From the IMG/VR virus record IMGVR_UViG_3300029142_000009, positions 1 to 41,771 of that record: DNA of 41,771 bases, one strand, 5' to 3'. Shown here piece after piece: positions 1 to 8,823 of this stretch. How positions within the stretch are numbered: position 1 is the stretch's first letter; every line of letters starts with the position of its first letter. This DNA comes from a virus (Duplodnaviria > Caudoviricetes). The position numbers and the translations under genes were made by a program. The notes under the pieces were generated by a model that searched no databases, had not been told where the DNA came from, and saw only the letters and a program-made list of their open reading frames with translations.

Positions 1-17
1 GTTTCCCAGTCACGATC
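1..17 (+). other. SISPA/random-amplification primer remnant (artefact)
   Basis: GTTTCCCAGTCACGATC is the standard SISPA primer tag; its exact reverse complement ends the contig. Confidence 0.95.
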
Positions 18-109
18 GGATGCGCATAAGAACACTCCCCGAGGAACACGTGATAGTCGGGACAGTCTGGTGGGTTTTATTTACTTACGTGAACCATAAG
101 GAGCGTACA

Positions 110-592
110 ATGGTAGATCACAGTCAGAAAGCCCTAGCGAAAACACTATATTTACAAGAGAATATGTCTCTAGCAGAGATAGCTAAGAAGACGGGCATCA
201 AGTTAAATACACTCAAATACTACGTAGATAAAGGCTCAGCGTCAGAACCTGCATGGAAAGAAGCGAAGAAAGCAGGTAAGGACAACGAATTATTGGCGAT
301 TCTTAAAGATGACAAGGCCAATATCTCGGACATTTACAGCTTAGGCCTTAGTGTTGTACAACGTAGCCTAGCTAAGATGGAATTACGTGAGGAAGAGCTC
401 AATGTACAGGGCGTAGATCGCCTTCTTTCGGCGTTAGACAAGATTGAACGGTGGAAAAGGCTCGAAGAGACTAAAAAAGAGGTCGACGCAGAGAATTTAG
501 AGCTCATTCAGTCTGAAGCAGACATCACACAGCATATCTTTTTTCAGAAAGACTTCGATAAAGAGGTACCAGGATCGGAGGACGCAGTATAA
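110..592 (+). CDS. terS: terminase small subunit (HTH)
   Basis: AAGGAG RBS before ATG 110; HTH-like segment MSLAEIAKKTGIKLNTLKYY; stop overlaps the TerL start (TAATG). Confidence 0.75.
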   Translation: MVDHSQKALAKTLYLQENMSLAEIAKKTGIKLNTLKYYVDKGSASEPAWKEAKKAGKDNELLAILKDDKANISDIYSLGLSVVQRSLAKMELREEELNVQGVDRLLSALDKIERWKRLEETKKEVDAENLELIQSEADITQHIFFQKDFDKEVPGSEDAV

Positions 593-2136
593 TGCTTAAC
601 GACCTCCCTGAAATCAGGAAAAAGAAGGCGTTAGCATACCTAAATGAAGTCTGGAAGCCTCATCACGGCCAAATTGAGGCAGGAAAGGCTATTTTTCAGA
701 CCGGAGCGAAGATGATTTACATCGAGTGCGGCCGGAAGTTCGGAAAATCAGAGTTTAGTGTATTCTTATGCTGGATGTACGCAATTCTTAACCCTAATAG
801 CGAAGTTTACTACCTTGCGCCGGCCGTAAAGCTTGCGAAAGAACTCGTTTGGTCAAACCAACGTATGCAGACGTGTAATTCTTATGATCGGACGTTTTTG
901 AAGAAAATGGGACGTATTCTAGGCGGTGAGATAGAGATCTATAAGCAAGAAATGCGTGTTGTCCTTCCAAATGGCTCATTTATTAAGGTAGACGGCTCAG
1001 ATAACATCGATTCTCAGCTCGGATTGAAGCCTGACCTCATTATTGCAGATGAATTCCGTACTTTTAAGGAGGAATGGCTGGAGTTCATGACTCCTAACCT
1101 TGCTGCTAAGGATGGTACGCTAGCGGCTATTTCTACCCCTCCTTTGGGTCCAAATAGAGCATATGAACACGCTAGGGAGTGTGAAATAAAGATGAAAGAG
1201 GGTAATCCCAGGTATTATTACCTAAATTTGCCTTCAGAGACGAACGATGCAGTCCCTCACCTAAAACAATGGCTTAAGGATGAGAGAGAACGTCTTATTG
1301 CTCTAGGAAGAGAGAATGAATGGTTACGAGAGTACATGGCACAGTATATAAGCAGTAACGAGCACGCGATTATCCCCCAACTCAGTCGAAAAACTAAGAC
1401 TCTATCAAATGACCATCAAATAAAGGACAAAATCCCGAATAGACACTCTTTTGAGGGTTATATCTGCATAAATCCTGGAAATTCGACGATTGCAGGAGCC
1501 CTATTAGTCCTTATTGACCGTGTAACAGGTAAAGTTATCATATTAGATGAGTACAAGCAATACGACTCTCAGAAGACTTCAGCCATGGAAATATGGCCTG
1601 AAATAGAGGATAAATTCACACAAAGTCTGGAAAACGTGGGACTTGACAATATTATTCCTCCGGAAAACGTGATTTTGCTCTGTCCGCCTAAGACTCCGTG
1701 GTTTAAGCGTGACATGCACGAGGCATACGACCTGGTTATAGAAGATGCTTCCAAAGACTGCGATAAGCCGGAGTATAATATAGGTTTGATTAAGGACCTA
1801 CTCATCTCAGGTAATATGCTAATCCACGAGGACTGTCAGGAACTCATCAAGGAGAGCGAGACTTATATCAGACATAAGAAGACTTTCGCAATCCCTGCGG
1901 ATGCCTCCAAGTTGCTTATTTATTGTCTTAGGGCCATTCTAGCCAGTATGGGATACACCACAGATCTCATAGAATTGGAGGACGATAAGCCAGAAGACGA
2001 ATTATATTACGAAAAACTGCTAAATACTAAATCTTTCGATCAAAAGATGCGAGATATTCGTTTAGAAAAATATGGAATACTACACGATGAAGATGCGAAC
2101 ATATTTCCGGAAGATATCGAGCATGATCTATTATAG
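592..2136 (+). CDS. terL: terminase large subunit; ATPase intact, nuclease motifs degenerate
   Basis: PHHGQ adenine-binding motif, Walker A GRKFGKS, Walker B IIADE, STP coupling motif, REY at the domain hinge; lies upstream of the portal. Confidence 0.93.
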   Translation: MLNDLPEIRKKKALAYLNEVWKPHHGQIEAGKAIFQTGAKMIYIECGRKFGKSEFSVFLCWMYAILNPNSEVYYLAPAVKLAKELVWSNQRMQTCNSYDRTFLKKMGRILGGEIEIYKQEMRVVLPNGSFIKVDGSDNIDSQLGLKPDLIIADEFRTFKEEWLEFMTPNLAAKDGTLAAISTPPLGPNRAYEHARECEIKMKEGNPRYYYLNLPSETNDAVPHLKQWLKDERERLIALGRENEWLREYMAQYISSNEHAIIPQLSRKTKTLSNDHQIKDKIPNRHSFEGYICINPGNSTIAGALLVLIDRVTGKVIILDEYKQYDSQKTSAMEIWPEIEDKFTQSLENVGLDNIIPPENVILLCPPKTPWFKRDMHEAYDLVIEDASKDCDKPEYNIGLIKDLLISGNMLIHEDCQELIKESETYIRHKKTFAIPADASKLLIYCLRAILASMGYTTDLIELEDDKPEDELYYEKLLNTKSFDQKMRDIRLEKYGILHDEDANIFPEDIEHDLL

Positions 2137-2144
2137 GAAAAGAG

Positions 2145-2417
2145 ATGAACAGAAAGCACACAAAGGAAAAACTTTTTAATACTAAATGTGAGGAATGTGG
2201 CGACAAAGGTCACTCTTTGCATGAAGCTTATACATACGTCAACCTATCCATACAAGAAGAAGTATTTAGGATAAAAATAACGACAAAAGTTTGCTTACGA
2301 TGTGGACCTCTACTGGTCTTCGAAGTGCCAGAAATACTAGCAGGTTATTTAGAGGAAGCTCTCTTCATAGCAGGTTACGACTTAGATAGCAAAGAACTCG
2401 AAATACAAAGGATCTGA
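2145..2417 (+). CDS. hypothetical zinc-ribbon protein
   Basis: CEEC and CLRC pairs; AGGA RBS; tight operon packing. Confidence 0.6.
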   Translation: MNRKHTKEKLFNTKCEECGDKGHSLHEAYTYVNLSIQEEVFRIKITTKVCLRCGPLLVFEVPEILAGYLEEALFIAGYDLDSKELEIQRI

Positions 2418-2419
2418 TA

Positions 2420-2599
2420 ATGTATAGAACTGTTTCGCACCACGAGTCTTCTACTGGAGGATTCGGAGGAAAGAAAAGTGGATATAAGTGGATTTCAATC
2501 CCATATAAGACAAAAGAAGAAGCAGAAGAAAGAGCAGAAGATATAAGAAATAGAAATTCGGCAACAAGAGTCGAAGTAGTTAAAGATGGAGAACATTAA
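2420..2599 (+). CDS. small hypothetical protein, 59 aa (MYRTVSHHESS...VKDGEH), below the ORF-track cutoff
   Basis: open ATG..TAA frame that fills the gap between neighbouring genes. Confidence 0.6.
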   Translation: MYRTVSHHESSTGGFGGKKSGYKWISIPYKTKEEAEERAEDIRNRNSATRVEVVKDGEH

Positions 2600-2600
2600 G

Positions 2601-2930
2601 ATGGAATTAATATTGATTATAATGAGCACCGCAGCGTTTATTTCGTCTACACTCGCAGTTGCACTTAGTGTATACAACCAAAAGACATTAGAAGCAAAAC
2701 TATCCGCCGAGATCTCTAAAGAGTTGTATTCGGCAAAAGAAGACTTGATCGGAGTCGAACATCGCCTAGAAGGCTTGATGGACAAGAAGCTGAACGCATC
2801 TGCTGCACAAATGAGAGAAGTTGCACAGAACGACGCAGTAGATCTTGTGGAGGCTGTGATCGGCAACCAAAGCGAAGGCGTGCCTAACGAGGGAATGGGT
2901 ATCGCATCATTCAAAAATATAGGAAGGTAA
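2601..2930 (+). CDS. membrane-anchored coiled-coil hypothetical protein
   Basis: GGAG before ATG 2601; hydrophobic N-terminus followed by a helical charged region. Confidence 0.6.
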   Translation: MELILIIMSTAAFISSTLAVALSVYNQKTLEAKLSAEISKELYSAKEDLIGVEHRLEGLMDKKLNASAAQMREVAQNDAVDLVEAVIGNQSEGVPNEGMGIASFKNIGR

Positions 2931-2935
2931 TTTAG

Positions 2936-5071
2936 ATGGGACATAATTATGACACATTTTTTGATGGCGGCTCAGGAGCACACACTCCTATCTCCATTAA
3001 GCCATTAACTCCAAATGTAGTCTCCAACGAGGAAGACACTCTGGAGTGGTTAAAGAACACATCAGAGATGCTAGGTGACTATTACAGCACTTACAGATCT
3101 TTATATAGAAGCAATATTTGTACCTACGTAGGCGATAAGTCTATGGGAGATAACTCTATTGCAGCATCCCAGGCTATCTGGAATAACGAATCACTAATGA
3201 GAAACCCTAATCCAGGCAGGAAAGACCTTAACGTAATTCAGCCTATCGTAGAAGCTCATCTTTCACGGATAACATCTTCTAGAGCTTCAATATCGGTTCT
3301 TCCGGTACACAGTAATGAATTTCACGATCTTTCGGCCGCTAAGACTTCAGAGCGTATGATAGACCAGTCTTTCGTCAGTCAAGACGTTCACGGGAAGTTT
3401 GAGTTCGCAGGACGTACAATGCTGGTATGCGGACATTCTTATATGTTAATGGAATGGGATAACGAGATTGGACCTCCAGTATCACAGATCAAAGAGCCCA
3501 TCATCATGATCGACGACGACGGAGAGCCTGTACAGGACGAAGAAGGAAACGACATTATAGTACACCCTAATACAAGAATGGGTGACGTATCTTACCGAAC
3601 ACTTAGACCTGACCAAGTATTAGAGCAGCCTGGGCGTGAATGGGACAGAAAGAACTGGGTCATTACATTGGAATTACGTGATGTATATGAAACTCAGTTA
3701 CAATACCCTTCCGTATCTGATGAGATCCGCGCAGGTAATATGAGCCCTATGGACAGCCGTTCATGGCTATATAAACAATCACAAGAGCTAGAGCATCAAG
3801 TTCTAGTAATGACTTGCTACCACAAAGCTAACCGAGTATTCCCTAATGGTTGGAAGATTGTGTGTACGCCAGATGTACTCCTAGAAAGCACAGAGTTAGA
3901 TTCTCCTACCCTCAATGGATATGGCATGCTTCCCATCGCACGCCTTGATGACACTTTAGTGCCTGGATACGAACTCCCTCTACCTATGTCCGTAATGGAA
4001 GCAGGTAAAGGATACGCCGAAACATTCAACCGTGTAGATAAGGTACTTCGCAAAGATCTCTCACTTAGCGTACCTAAATGGATTACACACAAGCTATCCG
4101 GTGTTAACTATCAACAATTAAATACGGCATCTTCGGTAGTATCATTTAAAGGTAACATTGCGCCTCAGCTAGTACGACCTTCCAGTACCAGCGGAGACTT
4201 CTTTGCCTATAGAAATGGACTACTACAAGAGATGAAGCAGAATACCGGAGCAAGCCATGTTTTCAACAGCCCTCCTAGTAATACTAGGGCTACTACGATG
4301 CTGGAACACCAAGAAGAACAAGAATTCCTCAGAGCAGAACCGCTCATCAGACACATGAATGACTTCATGGCCGAAGTTGCTAAAATCGGATTGGCCATTA
4401 TGGCGGATAACTACGCCGAAGATGAAGAGCGAGTACTCAAACTTATGGGAACTACTGGTCCTTCTGCTTACATTAGATTACAGACAGCGGACCTTATGGG
4501 ACCATACGACATTAAGTTCGAGCGTACTTCCGCACTACCTGAGTCTAAACAAGGCCGTATTAACGCAGCATTGAGTATGTTTGAAAGCGGTATTATCGAT
4601 AAGAATCAGTTTACTAAGGCTATCGGGTATGCCAGCGATCCTGACTTTATGACAGCGGAGAGCAAGGCGTTCGAGAAGCAGTTACTGGAAAATGACTTAA
4701 TGTCCAGAGGACAACAGATAGAAGCTCCTTTAGAGCACGAAGATCACGTAGAGCACCTTAAAGCTCTTTATCCTGTAATCGAGTCTATTGAGTTTGCAGA
4801 AATGCCAGACGAGATAAAAGCTCAGTTTGTGGCACACTGCATGGCTCACGAGATGTTTGCATGGAGAAGAGCACAGATCTCCCTTAAGTACGCTATTAAG
4901 GTAGCAGATAATGTGCAGTGGAAATTCTTTAGCTCCCTACCAGCGGCAGTACCTGTAAGTGTTGATCAACCAGGAGCAGCAGCCGGAGAAGAAGTTCTAA
5001 AGGAACGAGCAATTACACCAGGCTTAGTTAAGCCACAGGAGCCGGGACCTGATAACCCGACAGCAGTTTAA
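2936..5071 (+). CDS. portal protein (P22 gp1-like size and position)
   Basis: 711 aa between terL and scaffold/capsid; NVIQPIVE-type motif, portal-like core, C-terminal DHVEH motif. Confidence 0.88.
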   Translation: MGHNYDTFFDGGSGAHTPISIKPLTPNVVSNEEDTLEWLKNTSEMLGDYYSTYRSLYRSNICTYVGDKSMGDNSIAASQAIWNNESLMRNPNPGRKDLNVIQPIVEAHLSRITSSRASISVLPVHSNEFHDLSAAKTSERMIDQSFVSQDVHGKFEFAGRTMLVCGHSYMLMEWDNEIGPPVSQIKEPIIMIDDDGEPVQDEEGNDIIVHPNTRMGDVSYRTLRPDQVLEQPGREWDRKNWVITLELRDVYETQLQYPSVSDEIRAGNMSPMDSRSWLYKQSQELEHQVLVMTCYHKANRVFPNGWKIVCTPDVLLESTELDSPTLNGYGMLPIARLDDTLVPGYELPLPMSVMEAGKGYAETFNRVDKVLRKDLSLSVPKWITHKLSGVNYQQLNTASSVVSFKGNIAPQLVRPSSTSGDFFAYRNGLLQEMKQNTGASHVFNSPPSNTRATTMLEHQEEQEFLRAEPLIRHMNDFMAEVAKIGLAIMADNYAEDEERVLKLMGTTGPSAYIRLQTADLMGPYDIKFERTSALPESKQGRINAALSMFESGIIDKNQFTKAIGYASDPDFMTAESKAFEKQLLENDLMSRGQQIEAPLEHEDHVEHLKALYPVIESIEFAEMPDEIKAQFVAHCMAHEMFAWRRAQISLKYAIKVADNVQWKFFSSLPAAVPVSVDQPGAAAGEEVLKERAITPGLVKPQEPGPDNPTAV

Positions 5072-5198
5072 ACGTTCCGGAAATTCCGGAGAGTTGGTAT
5101 ATTATGATATCACTATTTAGTTGATATATTTGTATATCACGGTACTTAGAGTACCATAACATGAAAAAAGGTAAACCGTAATAACCAAGGAGCCTAAA

Positions 5199-6686
5199 AT
5201 GAGTGAAGAAAACGTAGAAACTAATGGAAATGCAGAGGCACTAGATAATATTGCCAAGCAGGAAGACTTTGGAGCCTCACCAGCGGAGAAGTTTAAAGCT
5301 AACGCTGATAGGATAGCCGAGCAAAAAGCTAGATCCGCCAGCGTGATAGATAGCATTTGGGATAATGTTGAAGGAGACGCAAAAACCCTCAAGGAAGCGG
5401 GAAGTGAATCTAAAAAAGCCGAGGAACCTAGTAATGAGCAGGCAAAACAAAGAAACAGTGACTTTACAGATGGTGATGAAGGAGCTGAAACAGCAGAAAG
5501 AACTTTTAAAGACGTTACTGACGAAGTTTGGGACTCTGCAAGAGGAGAATCAGAAACTGAAGAGGATGCAGAAGCAGACTCACAGGAGTCAGAGGAATCT
5601 GACGAACTCGCTGAAGGAGAGGAACTTGAAGCGAGCGATGAAGAACTTGAAGAATCTGGAGAATCCAGAGACGACATAATCATAGCCACCGTAGAAGGAG
5701 AAGATGGCGCGGAATCAATCGAAATACCAAAGGATGCGAAAATCACCGTCAAAGTCGACGGGGAAGAGCAGGAAATCTCCATACAGGAATTTGCCAATGG
5801 CATTTCGGGACAAAAAGCGATCGCCCAAAAGTTTTCTGCTCTCAACGGGGAACAAAAAGCCTTTGAAAGTCGTTTACAGAATTGGAACGATACATCAGCA
5901 AAAGCCGCAGAGCTGATGAAAGAGAACAAGGCGGTAGAAGCAATTGAGCATGTTGCTCAAATGATGGGGCATGACCCTCAGCTACTCTTTACGAGTTTGT
6001 TCGAGGAGATTACCCCAGTACTAAACCAGTATGCCGATCTTTCACAACAAGAACGGGATGTCTGGGTACAGGACCTTAAGAATAAGAAAGCAGAATTCCA
6101 AGCTAGGTCTGCACAGGAAGAATTGAGTAAGCTGCAAGCCGCACAGGAACAGCAAACGAGAGTTCGGAGTGTTCAGGAAGCTTACGGATTGGATGAAGCT
6201 ACTTTTACACATGCGTACCACGCACTTGAGGCCGAAATGGAAGCTGGATCTATGCAGAAACAGCCAATTACTCCAGAGCTTGTGGGTCAGTACTCTGTAC
6301 TAGTCACATTTGAAGGGTATGCGGAAGAAGCACTGAAAGGTACGGCCCACGAAGGCGACAAGGGCGCAGTGAACCAAATACTCCAGGTGGTAAGCCAATT
6401 GGCCCAGGCTGGACAAGAGGTTACGGCACAAACGGTAAAAGATATAGTATCTGAGGCCCTGGGAAGGGAGAAGCAGATCGAGAAATCTAAATCTGTCAAC
6501 AAGTCGTTAAAGAAGAAAGGCGTGAAGCCTAAAGCTAAAGACGGCAAAAAGCCCGCTAAGCAAGTGAATAGGAAAGATCCTACGGATCGTCCGAAACACT
6601 GGATGGAGCGAGCTCTTGATGAATTAGAGAGCGGATCTTCGGCTGCTGACCTAGGACTTTTGTCCAACAAAAATAAACGTAAGTAA
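5199..6686 (+). CDS. capsid scaffolding protein
   Basis: very acidic, disordered N-half; VKVDGEEQEISIQE motif typical of podovirus scaffolds; basic C-tail; directly before the capsid gene. Confidence 0.8.
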   Translation: MSEENVETNGNAEALDNIAKQEDFGASPAEKFKANADRIAEQKARSASVIDSIWDNVEGDAKTLKEAGSESKKAEEPSNEQAKQRNSDFTDGDEGAETAERTFKDVTDEVWDSARGESETEEDAEADSQESEESDELAEGEELEASDEELEESGESRDDIIIATVEGEDGAESIEIPKDAKITVKVDGEEQEISIQEFANGISGQKAIAQKFSALNGEQKAFESRLQNWNDTSAKAAELMKENKAVEAIEHVAQMMGHDPQLLFTSLFEEITPVLNQYADLSQQERDVWVQDLKNKKAEFQARSAQEELSKLQAAQEQQTRVRSVQEAYGLDEATFTHAYHALEAEMEAGSMQKQPITPELVGQYSVLVTFEGYAEEALKGTAHEGDKGAVNQILQVVSQLAQAGQEVTAQTVKDIVSEALGREKQIEKSKSVNKSLKKKGVKPKAKDGKKPAKQVNRKDPTDRPKHWMERALDELESGSSAADLGLLSNKNKRK

Positions 6687-6758
6687 GGGTTGTTCACTTT
6701 ATAATGAACAGTCTGAAAGAATGAACAGTAAGAACAAATAAAACATTAGGAGCAAATA

Positions 6759-7973
6759 ATGGCTACTTCAATTCCAGGAGACAACTATAATCTGTCTTCC
6801 ACCTTTGCTAACTTGTTTAAGCAAGTTTTCCGCGATGATCCTATGGCGGAACAAGACCTTTTCTTCTTCGACAATGAGCTTCTTAAGCGCATTCCTGTAG
6901 AAGACGGTTTTACTGGTACTAACGAAGAAGTACTACGTGCCACTTCATTAATGGGTGGTTACGGGTTCGGTTCTACTATGCCTCGTGTTAACGAGTCTGG
7001 TAACATCCGTCCCCGACTAACAGCGAAAAAGTATCACGTTCGTGCACTCCTTGACACCGAGTCAATGGCAGCTGCAATGGACAGTAAGGGTGCTTTCCAC
7101 AATCTCGTCGAGCGAGTAAAAGAAGATATCCGTCGCGGTATCGATCAGGGTCTTGCCCTTTCTCTTTTCCACGCTAACGCTGATGGGGACGTCCTACTTG
7201 GTACTATCGCATCATCTGGTGTATCTGGATCCGATCCTTACACCCTAACGTTGACTGAGGCTCCTGGCCATAAGTTCCACGTTAAGCAGATCGTTAACAT
7301 TGAAACAGGTAACACCGATGCTTTCGAAGTTACTGCTGTTGACGAAGCTAACTTGCAGATCACTGTAGACCGTCTTAGCGGTTCACAAGTACCTGTTGAC
7401 GCTGATGAAATCTACCTTCAGGGTTCTGAAGCTGCTGGTTTCACCGGGCTTGCTGGAGCATCTGCACAAAGCGGAACTCTTTACAACGTTTCCATTAGTG
7501 AAGCTAACGCATGGATCATGAGACTTGCCACTAAGACTGGTGAATCTCCAGACGAAAACATGCTTTACGAAGAGCTAATCAACATTAAAGATAAATGTGG
7601 TGAGTATCCTAACTTGATCGTAACTTCAAAGGTTCAGTTCCTTAAGATTGCTGAATTCCTTTCTGACAAGAGAGTTCTTAACGACCTTTCTGACAAGATG
7701 GGACACGGCGCTCTTAGCATCCTAGGACCTGAAGGCCCGATCGAAATCATCTGGGACAGACTCTGCCCAGCAGATAGGATCTACTTGCTAAATACCAAGC
7801 GCATGAAGCTTCGCAAGCGTCCAATGAGCGGACTTGTCGAGCATGGCGGAAGTGTTCTTCTACCTAACTACATCGTTGACGATGACAGTTACTTGATCCA
7901 CTACCGTTGCTACGGCGACTTCTTCATTGAGCCTCGCTTCCATGGAGTAATCGACGCATTGGCAACTAGCTAA
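6759..7973 (+). CDS. major capsid protein (HK97 fold inferred)
   Basis: 404 aa after the scaffold; strong AGGAG RBS; followed by a terminator-like hairpin. Confidence 0.88.
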   Translation: MATSIPGDNYNLSSTFANLFKQVFRDDPMAEQDLFFFDNELLKRIPVEDGFTGTNEEVLRATSLMGGYGFGSTMPRVNESGNIRPRLTAKKYHVRALLDTESMAAAMDSKGAFHNLVERVKEDIRRGIDQGLALSLFHANADGDVLLGTIASSGVSGSDPYTLTLTEAPGHKFHVKQIVNIETGNTDAFEVTAVDEANLQITVDRLSGSQVPVDADEIYLQGSEAAGFTGLAGASAQSGTLYNVSISEANAWIMRLATKTGESPDENMLYEELINIKDKCGEYPNLIVTSKVQFLKIAEFLSDKRVLNDLSDKMGHGALSILGPEGPIEIIWDRLCPADRIYLLNTKRMKLRKRPMSGLVEHGGSVLLPNYIVDDDSYLIHYRCYGDFFIEPRFHGVIDALATS

Positions 7974-7986
7974 TCAACCTGAGCCT

Positions 7987-8015
7987 TGAGGGTGGCCTTG
8001 TAACCCTCACCTTTT
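7987..8015 (+). terminator. weak intrinsic terminator/attenuator after the capsid gene
   Basis: stem TGAGGGT/ACCCTCA followed by CCTTTT. Confidence 0.55.
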
Positions 8016-8081
8016 AATCACGGGGTCCCTATACCCCATTTGCTCGAAAGAGCTTATCAAAACTAAGAGAGGAGGCCAATC

Positions 8082-8459
8082 ATGGCATTACGAAGAAGTA
8101 TTAAGAATTCCCAGCCTAAAGCAGTTATGCTCGCCGGTCGTGTTGACGGTTCTGTCGTTACTACGTCTGCGTCTACTACTGGTCTATTAGAAGGAAGTCT
8201 TGACATGACAATTTCAAAAGGTTCAGGTGGAACTTCTAACGAAGTCACTGTTGCTTTTGACGTTACCTTTAAAAGGGTGCCTGTCGTCGTAGCTACTCCT
8301 ATCACAACTAACTGCCACGTTGAAATCAAGTCTGTTTCTACATCACAAATCGTCTTCGAGACTTTCCAAGTTGCTGACGGTACTACTGGTGTTGATGACG
8401 CAGATTTCCATTTCATGGTTCTTGGTTGGGATAGTGCGAGCATCTACAACGATAGATAA
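8082..8459 (+). CDS. putative head decoration/minor capsid protein (beta-rich)
   Basis: GAGGAGG RBS; VAFDVTFKRVPVVVATP motif; position right after the major capsid gene. Confidence 0.6.
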   Translation: MALRRSIKNSQPKAVMLAGRVDGSVVTTSASTTGLLEGSLDMTISKGSGGTSNEVTVAFDVTFKRVPVVVATPITTNCHVEIKSVSTSQIVFETFQVADGTTGVDDADFHFMVLGWDSASIYNDR

Positions 8460-8492
8460 TTTTAGACTCATGTACCAAGGGTACAAGGAGAT

Positions 8493-8521
8493 CGGAGGGG
8501 CTTATGGGCCCTTCTGTTTTT
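8493..8521 (+). terminator. intrinsic terminator
   Basis: 9-bp stem CGGAGGGGC/GCCCTTCTG (two G-U pairs on +) followed by TTTTT. Confidence 0.75.
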
Positions 8522-8550
8522 AAAGCTCATAAGAGCAGATAAGATAACTC

Positions 8551-8809
8551 ACCTACCATGTTGTAGGAGGAGTATACGGAGCCCGGAGCCGCCTGACTGG
8601 ATGACGTGCCACGTCTGATAGTGATAATGACCCGGGATAGGAGACTATAAATCTCCGAAAACTTACTAGCGGTTGTGGGACGGTGTAGCCTTAATCTAGT
8701 GAATGGCGAGGGACCTGCAAGGACTAGACCTCTGTGGTGCAGGGCGCGTTAGTGAGACAGATGGATAGAGCCAGTATTGTGCCTGGCGGGTAGATGGTGG
8801 GTACTTTTT
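8551..8809 (+). ncRNA. unclassified structured ncRNA, about 250 nt
   Basis: no ORF of 60 aa or more; closing stem 8551-8559/8794-8802 then a T-run; internal helices 8582-8586/8632-8636, 8640-8644/8652-8656, 8662-8671/8747-8756, 8695-8700/8723-8728, 8770-8774/8783-8787; crossing helix 8714-8719/8738-8743. Confidence 0.7.
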
Positions 8810-8823
8810 ATAAAGGTAATTAA

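Noticed and set aside
5117-5929. 270-aa Ser-rich antisense ORF and similar shadow ORFs in the track
   Set aside because: Mirror of the Glu/Asp-rich scaffold codons; no RBS; opposite to the operon direction
8586-8660. Hammerhead ribozyme, group II intron domain V or group I P7 motif
   Set aside because: CUGAUAG is not CUGANGA and is not adjacent to the stem before GAAA; GAGCCG..CACGU lacks its pairing 3' strand; GAGACUA has no matching S element; no interrupted gene
8560-8800. RNase P RNA or tmRNA
   Set aside because: Lacks the GAGGAAAGUCC and ACAGAANNCGGCUUA cores, and lacks tRNA-like ends
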